Positions 37,876-50,600 of a stretch of 64,000 bases of DNA are shown piece after piece. Source of the DNA: Sminthopsis crassicaudata (lineage: Eukaryota); NCBI RefSeq assembly GCF_048593235.1, contig NC_133618.1:605510889-605574888 (forward strand), given 5' to 3'. Every line of letters starts with the position of its first letter. The first letter of the stretch is position 1. Below the pieces are notes generated by a model. That model had not been told where the DNA came from, ran no database searches, and saw nothing but the letters and a program-made list of their open reading frames with translations. The translations under genes were made by a program, and so were the position numbers.

Positions 37876-38328
37876 TGTAATGTTCTTGAATTGTGAGGGT
37901 CTGGTCAATTATAATCCTTCTCTGGGAGGAGATCTGTAAAATCTTTTCCTCTGTGCACAGGTTTCTTGGGAGCTCTGAATCTCCTCCAACTCTTGTCCTT
38001 TCTCAAATCAGACTGGTCTCCTTTCAGCCTGCCTGGCATCAAGACTTTATCCCAGAGTCCATTCTCTCAGACCCAATGCTGCCCTTCTTTTATCCTCCCA
38101 GAGAATGGGCGTGGGATAATGCAAGGGCTTCTGGGAAATATTACTTCAAACAATAAGCTCCTCCTAGAGTTCCTAAGGTGTAAACTCCCTTTAAAGGCCC
38201 GAACCAAAGGTCTGAGCCAGAGAACTGTCAAGTCAACCTGAATTCTCACCTTGTCACTGTCCAGACAACCTGAGTTCTCACCTTGTCACTGTCCAGACAA
38301 CTTGAGTTCTCACCTGGTAATCCTAACA
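37876..38328 (-). mobile_element. 5' LTR of an antisense ERV in BTAF1 intron 1
   Basis: On the - strand it begins TGTTAGGATTACC and ends ...CATTACA directly before a tRNA PBS. It has a GATAAAA TATA-like motif and 32-bp direct repeats near its 5' (U3) end. Confidence 0.8.
38236..38315. repeat. 2.5 copies of a 32-bp direct repeat in LTR U3
   Basis: acctga.ttctcaccttgtcactgtccagaca at 38236 and 38268, partial copy at 38300. Confidence 0.92.
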
Positions 38329-38801
38329 ATTATCTTCAGACTTTTGACTTTGTGCTGTCTTAGAATGTGCTTCCTCCTCATCTCCTCTCATATTATCCCT
38401 AGTTTTATTCAAACTTCAGCCTGCCATTGTGAAGCCTCTCTTGATCCGTCCATCCCTTCTCTTATTTCCATTATATTTATTTTTTATCTATTTTTGCATA
38501 TATATCTACATTACATGTACATATTATCTTCCCTTATAGAATTTAAACTCCTTGATCAGAGGGACTATTTCACTTTTTAGTCACAGCATCTAGCCTTATT
38601 CCTGGCTTTTAATATGTATTGATTGATTGATAGTCAACAAGCAAGCACTGTAAATCGTTTATGTAACTGTTACAGAATATTGCTTTCCATAAATTGGTAG
38701 GGATTTGAAATAATTGAAGGGATTCTTTCAAGATTTTGGGATACTATGAGTGTTAATATGATAATAATAACAATAATTGTTGTTATTTTTAATCATTTTA
38801 G

Positions 38802-38925
38802 GCTTGATCGTCTTTTTATCTTACTGGATACTGGAACCACCCCAGTAACAAGAAAAGCAGCTGCTCAGCAACTTGGAGAAGTGGTGAAACTCCATCCCCA
38901 TGAACTAAATAATCTTTTATCTAAA
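38802..38925 (+). CDS. BTAF1: BTAF1 coding exon 2
   Basis: tttag|G CTT GAT CGT...TCT AAA|gtaag; encodes [42 protein letters not shown] (124 nt). Confidence 0.97.
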
Positions 38926-41769
38926 GTAAGTTTTTTTTTTTTTTCTTGATTCATGAGTAGGAAAGTGAAGGGAATGTAAAGTTAGATTTGATCTGTGTTG
39001 TGTCATTTTTAGTCCAGTTCCTAACATACACTAAATGTTTTTTATTTCTCTGAATATTTTTATATCTGTCTTTTCTCTCATTGCCTCTTAAGCTATGCTA
39101 ATTTCACTTTGTATATCACAAAGACTCAAAACACTATAACTCTATTGGCAGAGATATGTTAGGGGATTTAATTATTTAGAGACATTGGTAGTGAGATGTT
39201 GAATCCTTCATTTATGTCATCAATTGGAATCTGACCCAATTTGTTAATGAACTGAGTGGTTACTCTGGTTTTTAGTGGTCTGACTGGTTGGTAGTAGATT
39301 GTAATTAAATTATAATTCTGTCTCCAACTGACTCATGAGCAGTACTTGACTTTCTTACTAGTGCACTTTGTGAAATACATGAGGACTTCCATTTTTGCTT
39401 TGTTATATCCAATATTTGATAATCTATGTCTTCATCCTAAGTGATGATCTTTGGGGGTTTTTGTTTTTATTTTAAGAATAGCTTTTTATTTTCAAAATAC
39501 ATGCAAAAATAGTTTTCAACATTCACCCTTACAGAATCTTGTTTTTCATATTTTTCTCCCTCTCTTACCCTACTTCCCTCCCCTAGACAGCAAGTCATCC
39601 AATATTTGTTAAACATGTGCAATTTTTCTATACATATTTCTACATATATCATGCTGCACAAGAAAAATCAGATTAAAAAGAGAAAAAAGTGAGAAAGAAA
39701 AAACAAGCAAACAACAACAAAAAGAGTAAAAATAATGTGTTGTGATCCACAGTCAATCCCTATAGTCCTCTCTCTCTGGATACAGAAGGCTCTGTCCATC
39801 ACAAGTCTATGGAATTGGCCTGAATCACTTCATTGTTAAAAAGAGACAGGTTCATCATAGTAGATTGTCACATATGAGCCTTTGTTTTTAACTGAACCTT
39901 TTGAATCCAATGGGCAAAAGTTTGGAAGAGATGGAGGACAGGGTTACAATGCTAATCCTACATCACATTTTATTTTGGAAATTAAAAAATTCTAGGCAAA
40001 GAATCCAGGAAAGCTTTAAAAACAAATCACTCTCCCTATATATTCCAATAAAAAGATGCCCATTGAGATGAACTATTTGAACTTTTTGAAATGGAAATAA
40101 TCCCTAGAAGGAGTTAATTCAGGAGTCATCTAAGGTTAGTAGATGTTATCTTGGCATCCCTCTGGTTCATGTGTAGCCTTCTTTCCCTCCCAGCTCCTTC
40201 CCTGCCTTCCTCCCTTCTTTTGCTTTAATGGAAATTAGAAGTTTTTCTTACATTAATTTGCTCCACCAGCATTTTTTGTAGTAGTATAATAAACTAGTTA
40301 TAATGAAACTCCCCACAAATTTGAGAAATCAAGTCAGATTGACATTGGTTTTTTTGCAACTAATTTCCCCTGACCAAATTAAATGTGGATGCTGTGGTAA
40401 TGTTTGTATTTTAATCAAATAATAATATTAACACTAAAACTTGCAACATTTTAGATATGAATAGTTTCATTGGCTTGGGAAAATGGAAAGGGAAATTTTG
40501 AGAGCAGGAGTATAGGTCTAAATGTGTGTGTGGGGTACACTGATGTGTCAGAGCTATTAAAATCTGACCAGCAGAGAAGAAATGGTAGAAGGTAAGGATG
40601 ACAACTCAAAGCCCTCTTCACTTACTTTTCTGGTTCAAACCCTTTGTGTTTTTGTTCATTCTGAGACAAGAGATAGCAGAACTAAGTTTAGTCACTTTAT
40701 TCCAGGCTTCTTCAGCCTTTAGTTAACTGTGATGTTTCTCCAATTCATCCATACTCCTCCTTCACTGAGATGAAGAAGAAAACAAAGTGAAGTAAATGTT
40801 TTCTTGCTTTTGCTTTATTATTAGTACAGTGCAGTATTGGGGGAAGGGGTGTCCTAAGCCTGCAAATATTCATTATGTTCCAAGAACTGTGCTAAGTGAT
40901 GGGGATACAGATAGAAAATTGAGATAATAACCTGCTTCCAGGGAGCTGGCATGCTAATTGAAGGATAAAAAACTTATAGGTGGGTTCAGCTGGGTTAGCA
41001 CCAAGAACTTTCAGCATCAGCAGCTAACAATCACAGGAGGGAGAGGTGAAAAGGGAGGATATTTCATATGTGGAGGGTGACCTGGACAAAGCAAGATGTG
41101 AAAGTTGGAGGTAGAAATTCACATATAGAAAATAGCAAATGGGCCATTTTAGACTATGCTTAAAGGAGGAATAAGAGGAAATAAGTTGAGTGTTAAAGGA
41201 TAAAAGAACAGCCTTAGGGATGACAGCTCATGCCACTACCTAATTTGGAGACAGTGTAACATTTAGTCTTACAAGGAACAAAAGAAAAGACCTTTTATTT
41301 TTGGTTTATTTATTGCACATTCCCACAGTCTGCTTATTGTGGGGACATGTAGTCATCCAAAAAAAAAAGGGGGGGGATAAATTTTAAAATTGTGATCAAG
41401 AATTTACTTTAACAAGAGTTAAACTTTTTTGTGCTATCTGACTTCTTGTTGTGTTTTGGACTTAGTACCAGACTGTCTCATGGAAATTATTGGATACATA
41501 AATAGCATCCGTTATTTTTTTTCTCTCTTACTCTTCTTACCAATATTTTATAAAGAAAATCGGGATTTTCCTTTTTGTCTCCTCACCCAAAAAAAAAAAA
41601 ATGTCCTTTTCTTTTTCTTTTTCCTTGAAATAGCCATTGCTGCCAGGAGAGGCTTTTCCTTGTCAAAAAGTGCTTTTCCTTTGCTTTAGAGCAAAGTGAT
41701 AGTTAAAAGGATAGTTACAACTGGCATGTGGAGTGAAACTAGCTCCTTTGTACTTCTCTTACCCAAATT

Positions 41770-42441
41770 GATTTATTTATTTTTTCAAAGTTTTGGGTTT
41801 TTTTTAAGAATTTTTTTCCATAGTATATATGCATGAGTAATTTTTTTTTATAATATTATCCCTTGTATTCATTTTTCCAAATTATCCCCCCCCTCCACTG
41901 TCTCCCCCCAATGACAGGCAATCCCATACATTTTACATGTGTTACAATATAACCTAGATACAATATGTGTGTAAATACCATTTTCTTGTTGCACATTAAG
42001 TATTAGATTCCGAAGGTATAAGTAACCTGGGTAGATAGACAGTAGTGCTAACAATTTACATTCACTTCCCAGTGTTCCTTCTCTGGGTGTAGTTATTTCT
42101 GTCCATCATTGATCAACTGGAAGTGAGTTGGATCTTCTTTATGTTGAAGATATCCACTTCCATCAGAATACATCTTCATACAGCATTGAAGTGTACAGTG
42201 ATTTTCTGGTTCTATTCATTTCACTCAGCATTAGTTGATGTAAGTCTCTCCAAGCCTCTTTGTATTTCTCCTGCTGGTCATTTCTTACAGAGCAATAATA
42301 TTCCATAACCTTCATATACCATAATTTACCCATTCTCCAATTGATGGACATCCATTCTTCCAGTTTCTAGCTACAACAAAAAGAGCTGCCACAAACATTT
42401 TGGCACATACAGGTCCCTTTCCGCTCTTTAGTATTTCTTTG
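41770..42441 (-). mobile_element. 5'-truncated L1 with an 11-bp TSD
   Basis: ORF2 C-terminal remnant (KLWYMKVMEYYCSVRNDQ) plus 3' UTR; TSD ttacccaaatt at 41759-41769 and 42442-42452. Confidence 0.9.
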
Positions 42442-42904
42442 TTACCCAAATTTATGAAGCACTCTTTTCTCTTAAGTGTTGCTGAAGAATGAAAAAACTT
42501 AAATTTATAATTTAGTTACTTTTGAGGCTAATTTTGTGTTAACTATGAAATAAAATTTAGGATTAGAATAACCAGGACAATATTGTTTGTACTAATGTTC
42601 CCTTTTGATGCTGCAGGGAAAAACTGGACTTATTAATAATTAGAATGCAATCTTTTATGATCACTTATTATACTGAAGTGAAATAAAAAATGTACTTGAT
42701 CTTTCTTTTAGGTAAGTTTCAATTTTTTCCATTGGAAGACAATAGTGATCTTGAGTGTTAACCTTAGTACCTTAATATTTTGCTAGTATTGTTTGTGCTG
42801 TCAAATTATGGTAGCATATCTAAACACACTTATATTTCTTTTGTGTTTATTTAAAAATGTTATATTTGCTATATGACTGTTTCATTTTATACTTGTTTTT
42901 AAAG

Positions 42905-43019
42905 GTACTGATATATTTAAGGAGTGCAAACTGGGATACCCGAATTGCAGCTGGACAAGCTGTTGAAGCCATAGTGAAAAATGTACCTGAATGGAATCCA
43001 GTGCCAAGATTGAAGCAAG
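42905..43019 (+). CDS. BTAF1: BTAF1 coding exon 3
   Basis: aaag|GTA CTG...CAA G|gtgctt; encodes [38 protein letters not shown] (115 nt). Confidence 0.97.
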
Positions 43020-43589
43020 GTGCTTTTAAGTGAAATAATTGGAGTTTGACTTTATAACTGGTTAATTCCTTTTGTGGAAATTTAATTGTAGGTTTTAAAT
43101 AATTATAGATTTAAAGATAGAAGAAACCTCAGTACCTTCCTCATCGACTCCTTCATTTTATAAAAGAAGAAATTGGGTCCCAAAGAAAAAATGTGACTTT
43201 AGAGCCCAGAATTTGAACCTAGGTCATCTGACTCCAAATCTGGTTCCCCATTCTTCTCCAAGAAGAGCTATAAAACTTAAGAATTTTTTTTTTAATCATT
43301 TTTAATTATAAAACTTATGTGCCTTTAGAACATGCCAGCATTTTAGGAAGTGATCAAATAAGCTTAGGATGCTTATGATTTTTCATGGCTGGTAAATAAA
43401 TCCTGTATTGAGTATGCAATTTATTTAAATTATTAAGTAGGTTTTCATATGTAGTTTACAAAGAAAGTTCCAGTCAGTCAAATAACAAGCACTTCTAAAG
43501 TAACTGCTGTGCTCCAGGCCCTATACATTCTTTCTTTAATGGTTTTTGTGCTTTTTTAAAAAAAATAGGTCAATCTAAATTTGTAAAGA

Positions 43590-43633
43590 TAGACATGTTC
43601 GTAACAGATTCTTAGACATGTTCGTAACAGATT

Positions 43634-43662
<29 letters not shown>
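43590..43662. repeat. Perfect 23-bp tandem duplication abutting a 28-T run
   Basis: tagacatgttcgtaacagattct x2, then poly-T at 43635-43662. Confidence 0.92.
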
Positions 43663-43668
<6 letters not shown>

Positions 43669-45014
43669 CTTGCTTAGACAGTGGCAATAATCGTGGGTAT
43701 GGATTTTGAATTACATGAATGTATAGTAAGAAAAGTCTTGATTCTTGTTAGTATCCTGGAAATCATAGCAGAAAATATATTTAAGTTGTGTAACTGGGAT
43801 TTAACAATTTTTAAGTTTTTTTATTGCTATCTATGTTTTTATATTACCTTCATTTGACTTATTGGCAACTTAGTAGCACAGTGTTTTGAGCTTTCAGGTT
43901 TAAAGTCAAGAAAATAATTTCAATTTGGCTTAGAGACTTAATTGTGTGACTTTAGGCAAATTATTTAACCTCTTTTTGTCTCTACTTTCTCTTTTGTAAA
44001 ATGTGAATAATAATAGCATCTACTTCCCAAGGTGGTTGTGAGAATCAAATGAGATAATAATTGGAAAGTGCTTAGCTAATAAATATTTGGTTACTTTTGG
44101 TTTGCCTGAGATTTTTACTCTTATTTCCTATACATATTATTGAATAATGATGTTAATTTGTTTTGTCCCATAGAGCAGAATTTATCCTTTTTTTTTCTTT
44201 TAGCTATTTTAATGAGATATTTTTCTATGCAGTCATTTTTATTTGTCATTATTAGAAACAGCCAAAATTCAATCTCCTTTTTCTTTTTTGAATAATTTCC
44301 TTTTATTGATTCCTTTTGTCCTTACATTGGACTTATTTCCTATTTACCTTGCCCTGAATTGAAACTGCTTTTGTTGTGACTAAGTCAGAATTCAGATATT
44401 CTTCTCTTACCAATGTATATAACAATCTTTATAGGAGCCTCTCCCGATCATTACTGTGAGGGAAGTTTGTTTCATTATTTTGCTCCCAGGATCTTCATTA
44501 GTTTTTCTTTTTTCTGAATTCAATTTATGTATAGTAGTATTTTTGTATTTATATTTTATATTTATGTATTTTTCATTGAATATATTTACTCTCTCATAAT
44601 AGATTATTTTTAGTTTCCCCTTGTTAAGTACTTCTGGTAATCAGTGATTTGCTCTATAATAGTATTTTAAAATTTGGATGTAAATAGATTAGTACTCCCA
44701 AGTAAAGGAATTGGTCATGCCTGTGCTAATTTTCCTTTTTATATAGCAAACAAATTATGTTTCTTAGAGGTCCAAAATATTTTAGTCTCAATTCTTTAGA
44801 AGTTTTATTAAAGTTTAACCTTCATATAAAAATTAAATTTTGATCTAGAAAGTATTTCTTTACTTAATGTTATACTTTGAATCAGAAATGCATTTCAATA
44901 CCCTTCAGATTTGTTAAAATAATTCTTCTTCATGAAATAGAATGCTCTTATCTCCCATTCCTTAGACTTTGGTTTTCCATATAGTTAAATAAAATATTTT
45001 AAAACCTCATTCAG

Positions 45015-45161
45015 AACCTACTTCAGAAAGTTCTATGGAAGATTCACCTGCCACAGATCGATTGAGTTTTGACAGATTTGACATCTGTAGATTGCTGCAA
45101 CATGGAGCGTCACTTCTTGGGTCTGCTGGTGCAGAATTTGAAATCCAGGATGACAAATCAG
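45015..45161 (+). CDS. BTAF1: BTAF1 coding exon 4
   Basis: ttcag|AA CCT ACT...TCA G|gtgtgt; encodes EPTSESSMEDSPATDRLSFDRFDICRLLQHGASLLGSAGAEFEIQDDKS (147 nt). Confidence 0.97.
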
Positions 45162-47484
45162 GTGTGTATCAGTACAGTAGGAAAATGTGTCAGTTTTATC
45201 TTTTTTGTTAATTTGTTACAAATGAATGAGCTAATGTTTCTTATGATGTATATTGTCAGAAGTTTGTCAAAAAGTAGAAAAAAATATTTGGTGTAAAACA
45301 CCTTTGCTCTTATTTTTTTTTCCTCTGAGTGTATCAGTATTTTCTTCAAAGCTTTCTAGAGGACAACTATGGGTATTTCAGAATTGCTTTGTACTTTAGA
45401 CTAGCATGAATTAAGTAGCAGTCACCCAGAAAGTCTATTGTCATTGGATTTTTACTTTTAAAACAAATGTTTTTCTTGTTCCCTGCCCAGGATTATTCTA
45501 TGATACTCCATAGTCCTTATTGCCAAGTATTTGTGATTTAACAGTTTCTTTTCATTTAACTATTTATGTATTTATCTAGATTTGTCTATCTATGTATTGA
45601 TTTGTGTGAGGAAGTTGGGAATTAAATGACTTATGTAGGGTTACATAATAACTTAATATGAGGTAGAATTTGAATTCAGATCCTCCTGATTTCAGGAAGG
45701 AACCATTGTGCATCTAGCTGGCCCTAATTAATAGTTTCTAAAAGCAGTATTATATGGTGATTTGTCATAGGATCTCATGGATGAAAGGTACTTTAGGGAG
45801 GTCATTCAGGCTAGTTGGTAATATTTATGGAACTGTTAGAAACTGTGAGTTAGTTAATTTCATATCACAGATGTCTTGGGTATCATTGAATATATTTATG
45901 TTGATGACCAGAGGAGGGAAAATATGTGGGTAGGTAATTTTCCCATTATCTTTAAACTTACAGAATCCATCTGGATATAAAATAAATGTTTTGGCCATTC
46001 AAGAATGATGCCTTGAGTGGAAAAAACCTTGATGGTTTTTAATGGATTCCTGTAAGTAAATAAAATGCCCTTCTAATGAACATTAGTGTTTTGTTTGATT
46101 GCTAAGTATATGTCTAAATTAAATTTTTTAAGTATAACTTTGTTATTTTATAAGTTTGATCAATACTTAGTTGAGAAGTTAATCTTCAGTTTCTTAATTA
46201 AATGGAGTTATTAAATATACCTCCTTACATAGAAATCACTTGAAAAACAGGAGATATAATTGAATTTAGGAACCCTTTAATTTGCAATATACTAAAATAT
46301 CAAATTACAGATATTGGGAAGAGAATTTATTTTTAAAACATCAGATTTTCATAATAAAAACTCTAAAATTTTTGTGAAGAATTACAGATTTTTAAAAATT
46401 ATCTTTAAATTTTAATGAGTTTATTAAACTCACTAAACTGGTTAATAATGAAACATGAGAATATCAAATTTTCTTTTTTCCATTTATGGTAAAATTTAAG
46501 TGTTATTGACTCATTTGTCTCTTTCCTGAGAATTCATTCTGTAGAATTATATAAACCCTTGCATGATGTTTGTATTTATTTGGAAACCTAAAACATTTGA
46601 AAATTTAGAAAATTATTTCTAGGGCAGCAAAATAATTGAGGATTCTTTGATCGTTATTACATTAATTTAAAAACAAAATTAACACTTCCTCACTGAAATA
46701 CTAGCTTATGAATTCATAGTTCCGGGCAATATCAATCTCTATTGCACGCAAAGTATAGCAGCTGTTTCCAGGCAAAAATCTTCCTAGGCACCTGAGTTAA
46801 GATTAAAAGAGTGTTTGAATTACGAAACTAAAGAAGATTTGAAATGATCGCATAGGTTTTATCTAAATTATAGTGTAGACTAGTAGATACTTTTACTCTA
46901 CATCATTGTTGTCAATTGAAACAGATCACTTGTGATGATAGCATGTTAATTTAGAAAACCACAAATTAATGTGATCTATACTGTATTTTTTTTTTTGGTT
47001 TATTTCTCAGAAGTTTGCCCTCTCTTTGCAGGAGTTTTGCTGGTCAAGTATGCTGCTATCAGGGGAGAGGTTCAGGTCTATAGCACACATATGTCAGCAA
47101 AGAGAATTATGTGGCTCTTCTCTTATGTTAGGTTAGCCCTTGATTTCTCATCCTTCTAATATAAATCCATTTTCCTGTCTCATATTGATTTGCATTTATT
47201 TTTTCTCCTGATTATACAATTTTAGGACTAAAGGCGACCTTAGATAAATGCTAACCCAACTCCTTTATTTTATAAATGAGGAAATGGGGGCCAATGAAAT
47301 TAGGAGTTGGCCATGGCCACTCTTCTACTCAGTACCAGAGGTGATATTTGAATTTGATGTCATCTTAAATACTAATCCAGAAGCAATGTACTGGCAGTGA
47401 ACACTGTATCTCCTGTGATTATCTGTGCTGTTTATTGGCACTTAGTAAATGCTACTATTGATTTGATATTCAAAAGCCAGCTGT

Positions 47485-47640
47485 AGCCTGATAGCCAAAC
47501 CATCTGGCTAGCTTGTTTTTGTATGGCCTGCAAGCTAATAATAGTTTTTTTATTTTTTTAATGTGATAAAATTTTATCTAAAAAATTAAAAATTATTTTT
47601 ACCTTATAGCCAGTAGATTTGGGCCCTGTAGTTAGCCAAC
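47485..47640 (+). mobile_element. hAT-Charlie MITE-like remnant (MER58-type)
   Basis: tgtttttgtatggcctgcaagctaataatagttttt resembles the recalled MER58 consensus; family assignment uncertain. Confidence 0.4.
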
Positions 47641-50600
47641 GAATAACATAGTGTCTACTTTAAATTTATGGTAAAATTCTCATTCCTATTTTAACTTCTT
47701 TATCTTATATTTTGCATTTACCATAGGCAAAATACAATGTTCACTTATTAGTTTTTGTCAAAGAGATCTTTTCCCTTTTTAGATTGGGCACTTAATATAA
47801 TTTAGGAGCAAATAAAGTAGATCTGTTTTCTTCCACAGTTTTGAAATATATTCCTCACAGAGTGTTTTAATTCCTGTTCCTTTATTGTTTCTGTACCTGG
47901 TTTGTGCCTTCTGTCCCATCCTACTCTATTGCCTTTAAAGGCAAGCACACAAATAATAACCCTTTTTAAAAATTACTTGATTTCCATAGATGATAAAAGT
48001 ATGATTTACAAATCATAACTTTTATGTTGATAATACTTACAATTTTCATTGCTTAGTTCCTTCTCTCTGGTTTTATTTGCTAATTGAAGATAGGAAAGAA
48101 AAGAAACATTTGATGAAGAGCCAAATGAATGAAACTATTGGATACCTTATTTTCAAAATATTTTCTTAGGACTATTAAGTAGTAATTGTTTTGATCATTA
48201 GACATTCAATATATTTTTTAATTTTAAAAATTAAAAAAAATTCATTTTGAAATTAAATTTAGAGACAAAAAAAAAAAAGAAGAAGAAGAAAAACATTTCC
48301 ATGTACAAATTTCAGCAAAAGAGGATTCAATATAAAGCCTTGAATTTCCATTTTGATATTTACTTTTTTGGAAAAACTATGTAATATTGACATTATTTTC
48401 AAAGCTATCTTGCTTTTTTGTGCTTCCTTCTAAGTTTTCTTTTGTTCTGTGCAGTGCACTTTTCTTTCCCTTTCCCTCTCCACTCTACTCTAGAGGAGAT
48501 TACCATTGGACATTAATATGTATTTTTTGTAAAATAGTACTATACATTTATTTATCAATCCTCTCTCTCTGGATGTGAATAACACGTTTATAACCTCAAA
48601 ATGACTTATTTTCAAATTTTTTCTTAAAATGTTACTGCTATTGCTATATGTGACATTTTCTTGGTTTTGCTCATTCTTCATTATTCATGCAGGTCTTTCC
48701 TTTTTTTCTTCCTAAAATTGACAGGCTCATCATTTCTTATAGGACAGTAGTACTCCATCACAATCATGTAATACAACTTGTTTAGCCATTCTCCAATTGA
48801 CAGATATCCCCTTGATTTCCAATTTTTTATTTCCACAAAGAGAGCTGCTCTAAATATTTTAGAATTTATAAGTTCCTTCCCTTTTTTTCTAGACCCTTTA
48901 GGGAACAGACAGAATAGTGATATTGCTGGGTCAAAAGTTATAGTTTTCTAATTTGGGAGTCATAATTTCAGTTTGTCATCCAGAATGGTAGTGATATAAA
49001 CATTCAATATTTTTAAACTTCTTTTGGCTATGTTGTCATTTGAATTCTGCTGTAAGGAATTTTAAGCCCATTAAAGTTCTTAAGGCAGAATGAGGAGAGA
49101 AGGGACCAGATAACTTAGAGAGAGGGAAAGGATGACCTACATCTTTTCTCAACACCTTTTCTTTATTTTTTTAAATTCATACCTTCTACCTCACTTAGAG
49201 TTGGGAGAGAGAACAATTCTAGTACTATGTGAATGCTAGGTAATTATAGGTTGATAATGACCTATTGTATTGCTGTTGAGAGGCAATGTGAACCAGAGTT
49301 CATACATTCCTTCTGCCTTTTTCTATTTCTGAACTGAGCAGTAATAATGTGAACAGATGCTATAACTGCTACATTCTGTGTCTGAGCCTTTTACTGTTAG
49401 AGGAAGTAACAACTGCCCACCACATAGCTAGCATGTCTTGGTAATACTTCAAAGTTAGATGATTCACCATTTGAGAAGTAGTGGATTTAGGTTCCTCTTA
49501 ATATTCTTTTAAACTCCTTAATTCTGAAAATTTCACCAAAACCAATAAAGTTGTACCTTTTTGTTAGTTTTGAATAATACTCTTTTCTAAATACAAAGGA
49601 ACAAATTAAGCTCATATTATTTGTATTTCTAACACATACTTAGAGACCCATTAATTAATTAAGGTAGAAATAATTATGAAGCTTACTCTTTATTATAGAG
49701 TTATGTAGAATTAGAAGGTATAGGGACCTTAGAGCTTAATCTAGATTCTTCTTTTTTTTTTTTTTTAAAACAAATGACAAAGTAGACTGAAAGAGATTGT
49801 AAATATGGTACAAGTACCAGGTTTCAAACCCAGGTGGTCTGGTCCCAAATCTAGTATTCAAAGAATTGGAAATTTTGAAGGGAGTATGAAGGCCCTTCTA
49901 GTCCAATCTATACCTGTGGAGTGGTTGTCTAACCTTTGTTTGAAGACTTTGAATGAGGAGTAATCTACTGCTCCTTAAGATATACTACTCTACCTTTTGA
50001 TATTATTAGGAAATTTTCTTTATATCAAATTTCTTTTTGCATTTTCTACTTATTGCTTCGTTTTCTGCTCTTTGAGATTGTGCATAAAATATTTGATCCC
50101 TCTTTCAATTCTTTTAACAGCCTTTTTAATATTTATTATAATTATCATATCATGCCTGAATCTTATCTCCAAGTTCAGCACCCCTGCTTCCTTGAATCCA
50201 TATATAGCATGACCTTCAGACTTTTCACCATCTTAGTAGTTTTTGTCTGGATAGTCTCCCTCTTTTCTTTAATTAATTATTCATTTATTTGCAAAGCATA
50301 TGTTTGGGTAAATTTTTCCAACGTTGACATTTGCAAAACCTTTTGTTCCAAATTTTCCCCACCTTCCCCCCCCTCCCTTCCCTAGCTAGCAGGTAATCCA
50401 ATACATGTTAAATATGTTGAAATACATGTTAAATCCAATATATGTATACAGTTATCTTGTTTGCACAAGAAAAATCATTTAAAGAAGGAAGGAAAAGAAA
50501 ACAAAAGGCAAGCAAATAACAGAGAGAGTGGGAATGCTATGTTGTATTCCACATTCCCACAGTCTTTCTCTGGATATTCTTAAGCTTATGAAAGACTTAC

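Noticed and set aside
38236-38315. 32-bp repeats as a CRISPR-like array
   Set aside because: Head-to-tail tandem repeats without spacers inside a eukaryotic LTR.
38746-38801. In-frame upstream ATG extending exon 2 ([11 protein letters not shown]...)
   Set aside because: It lies in the (ATA)n/polypyrimidine tract of the intron; the canonical acceptor at 38801 and exon 1 explain the N-terminus.
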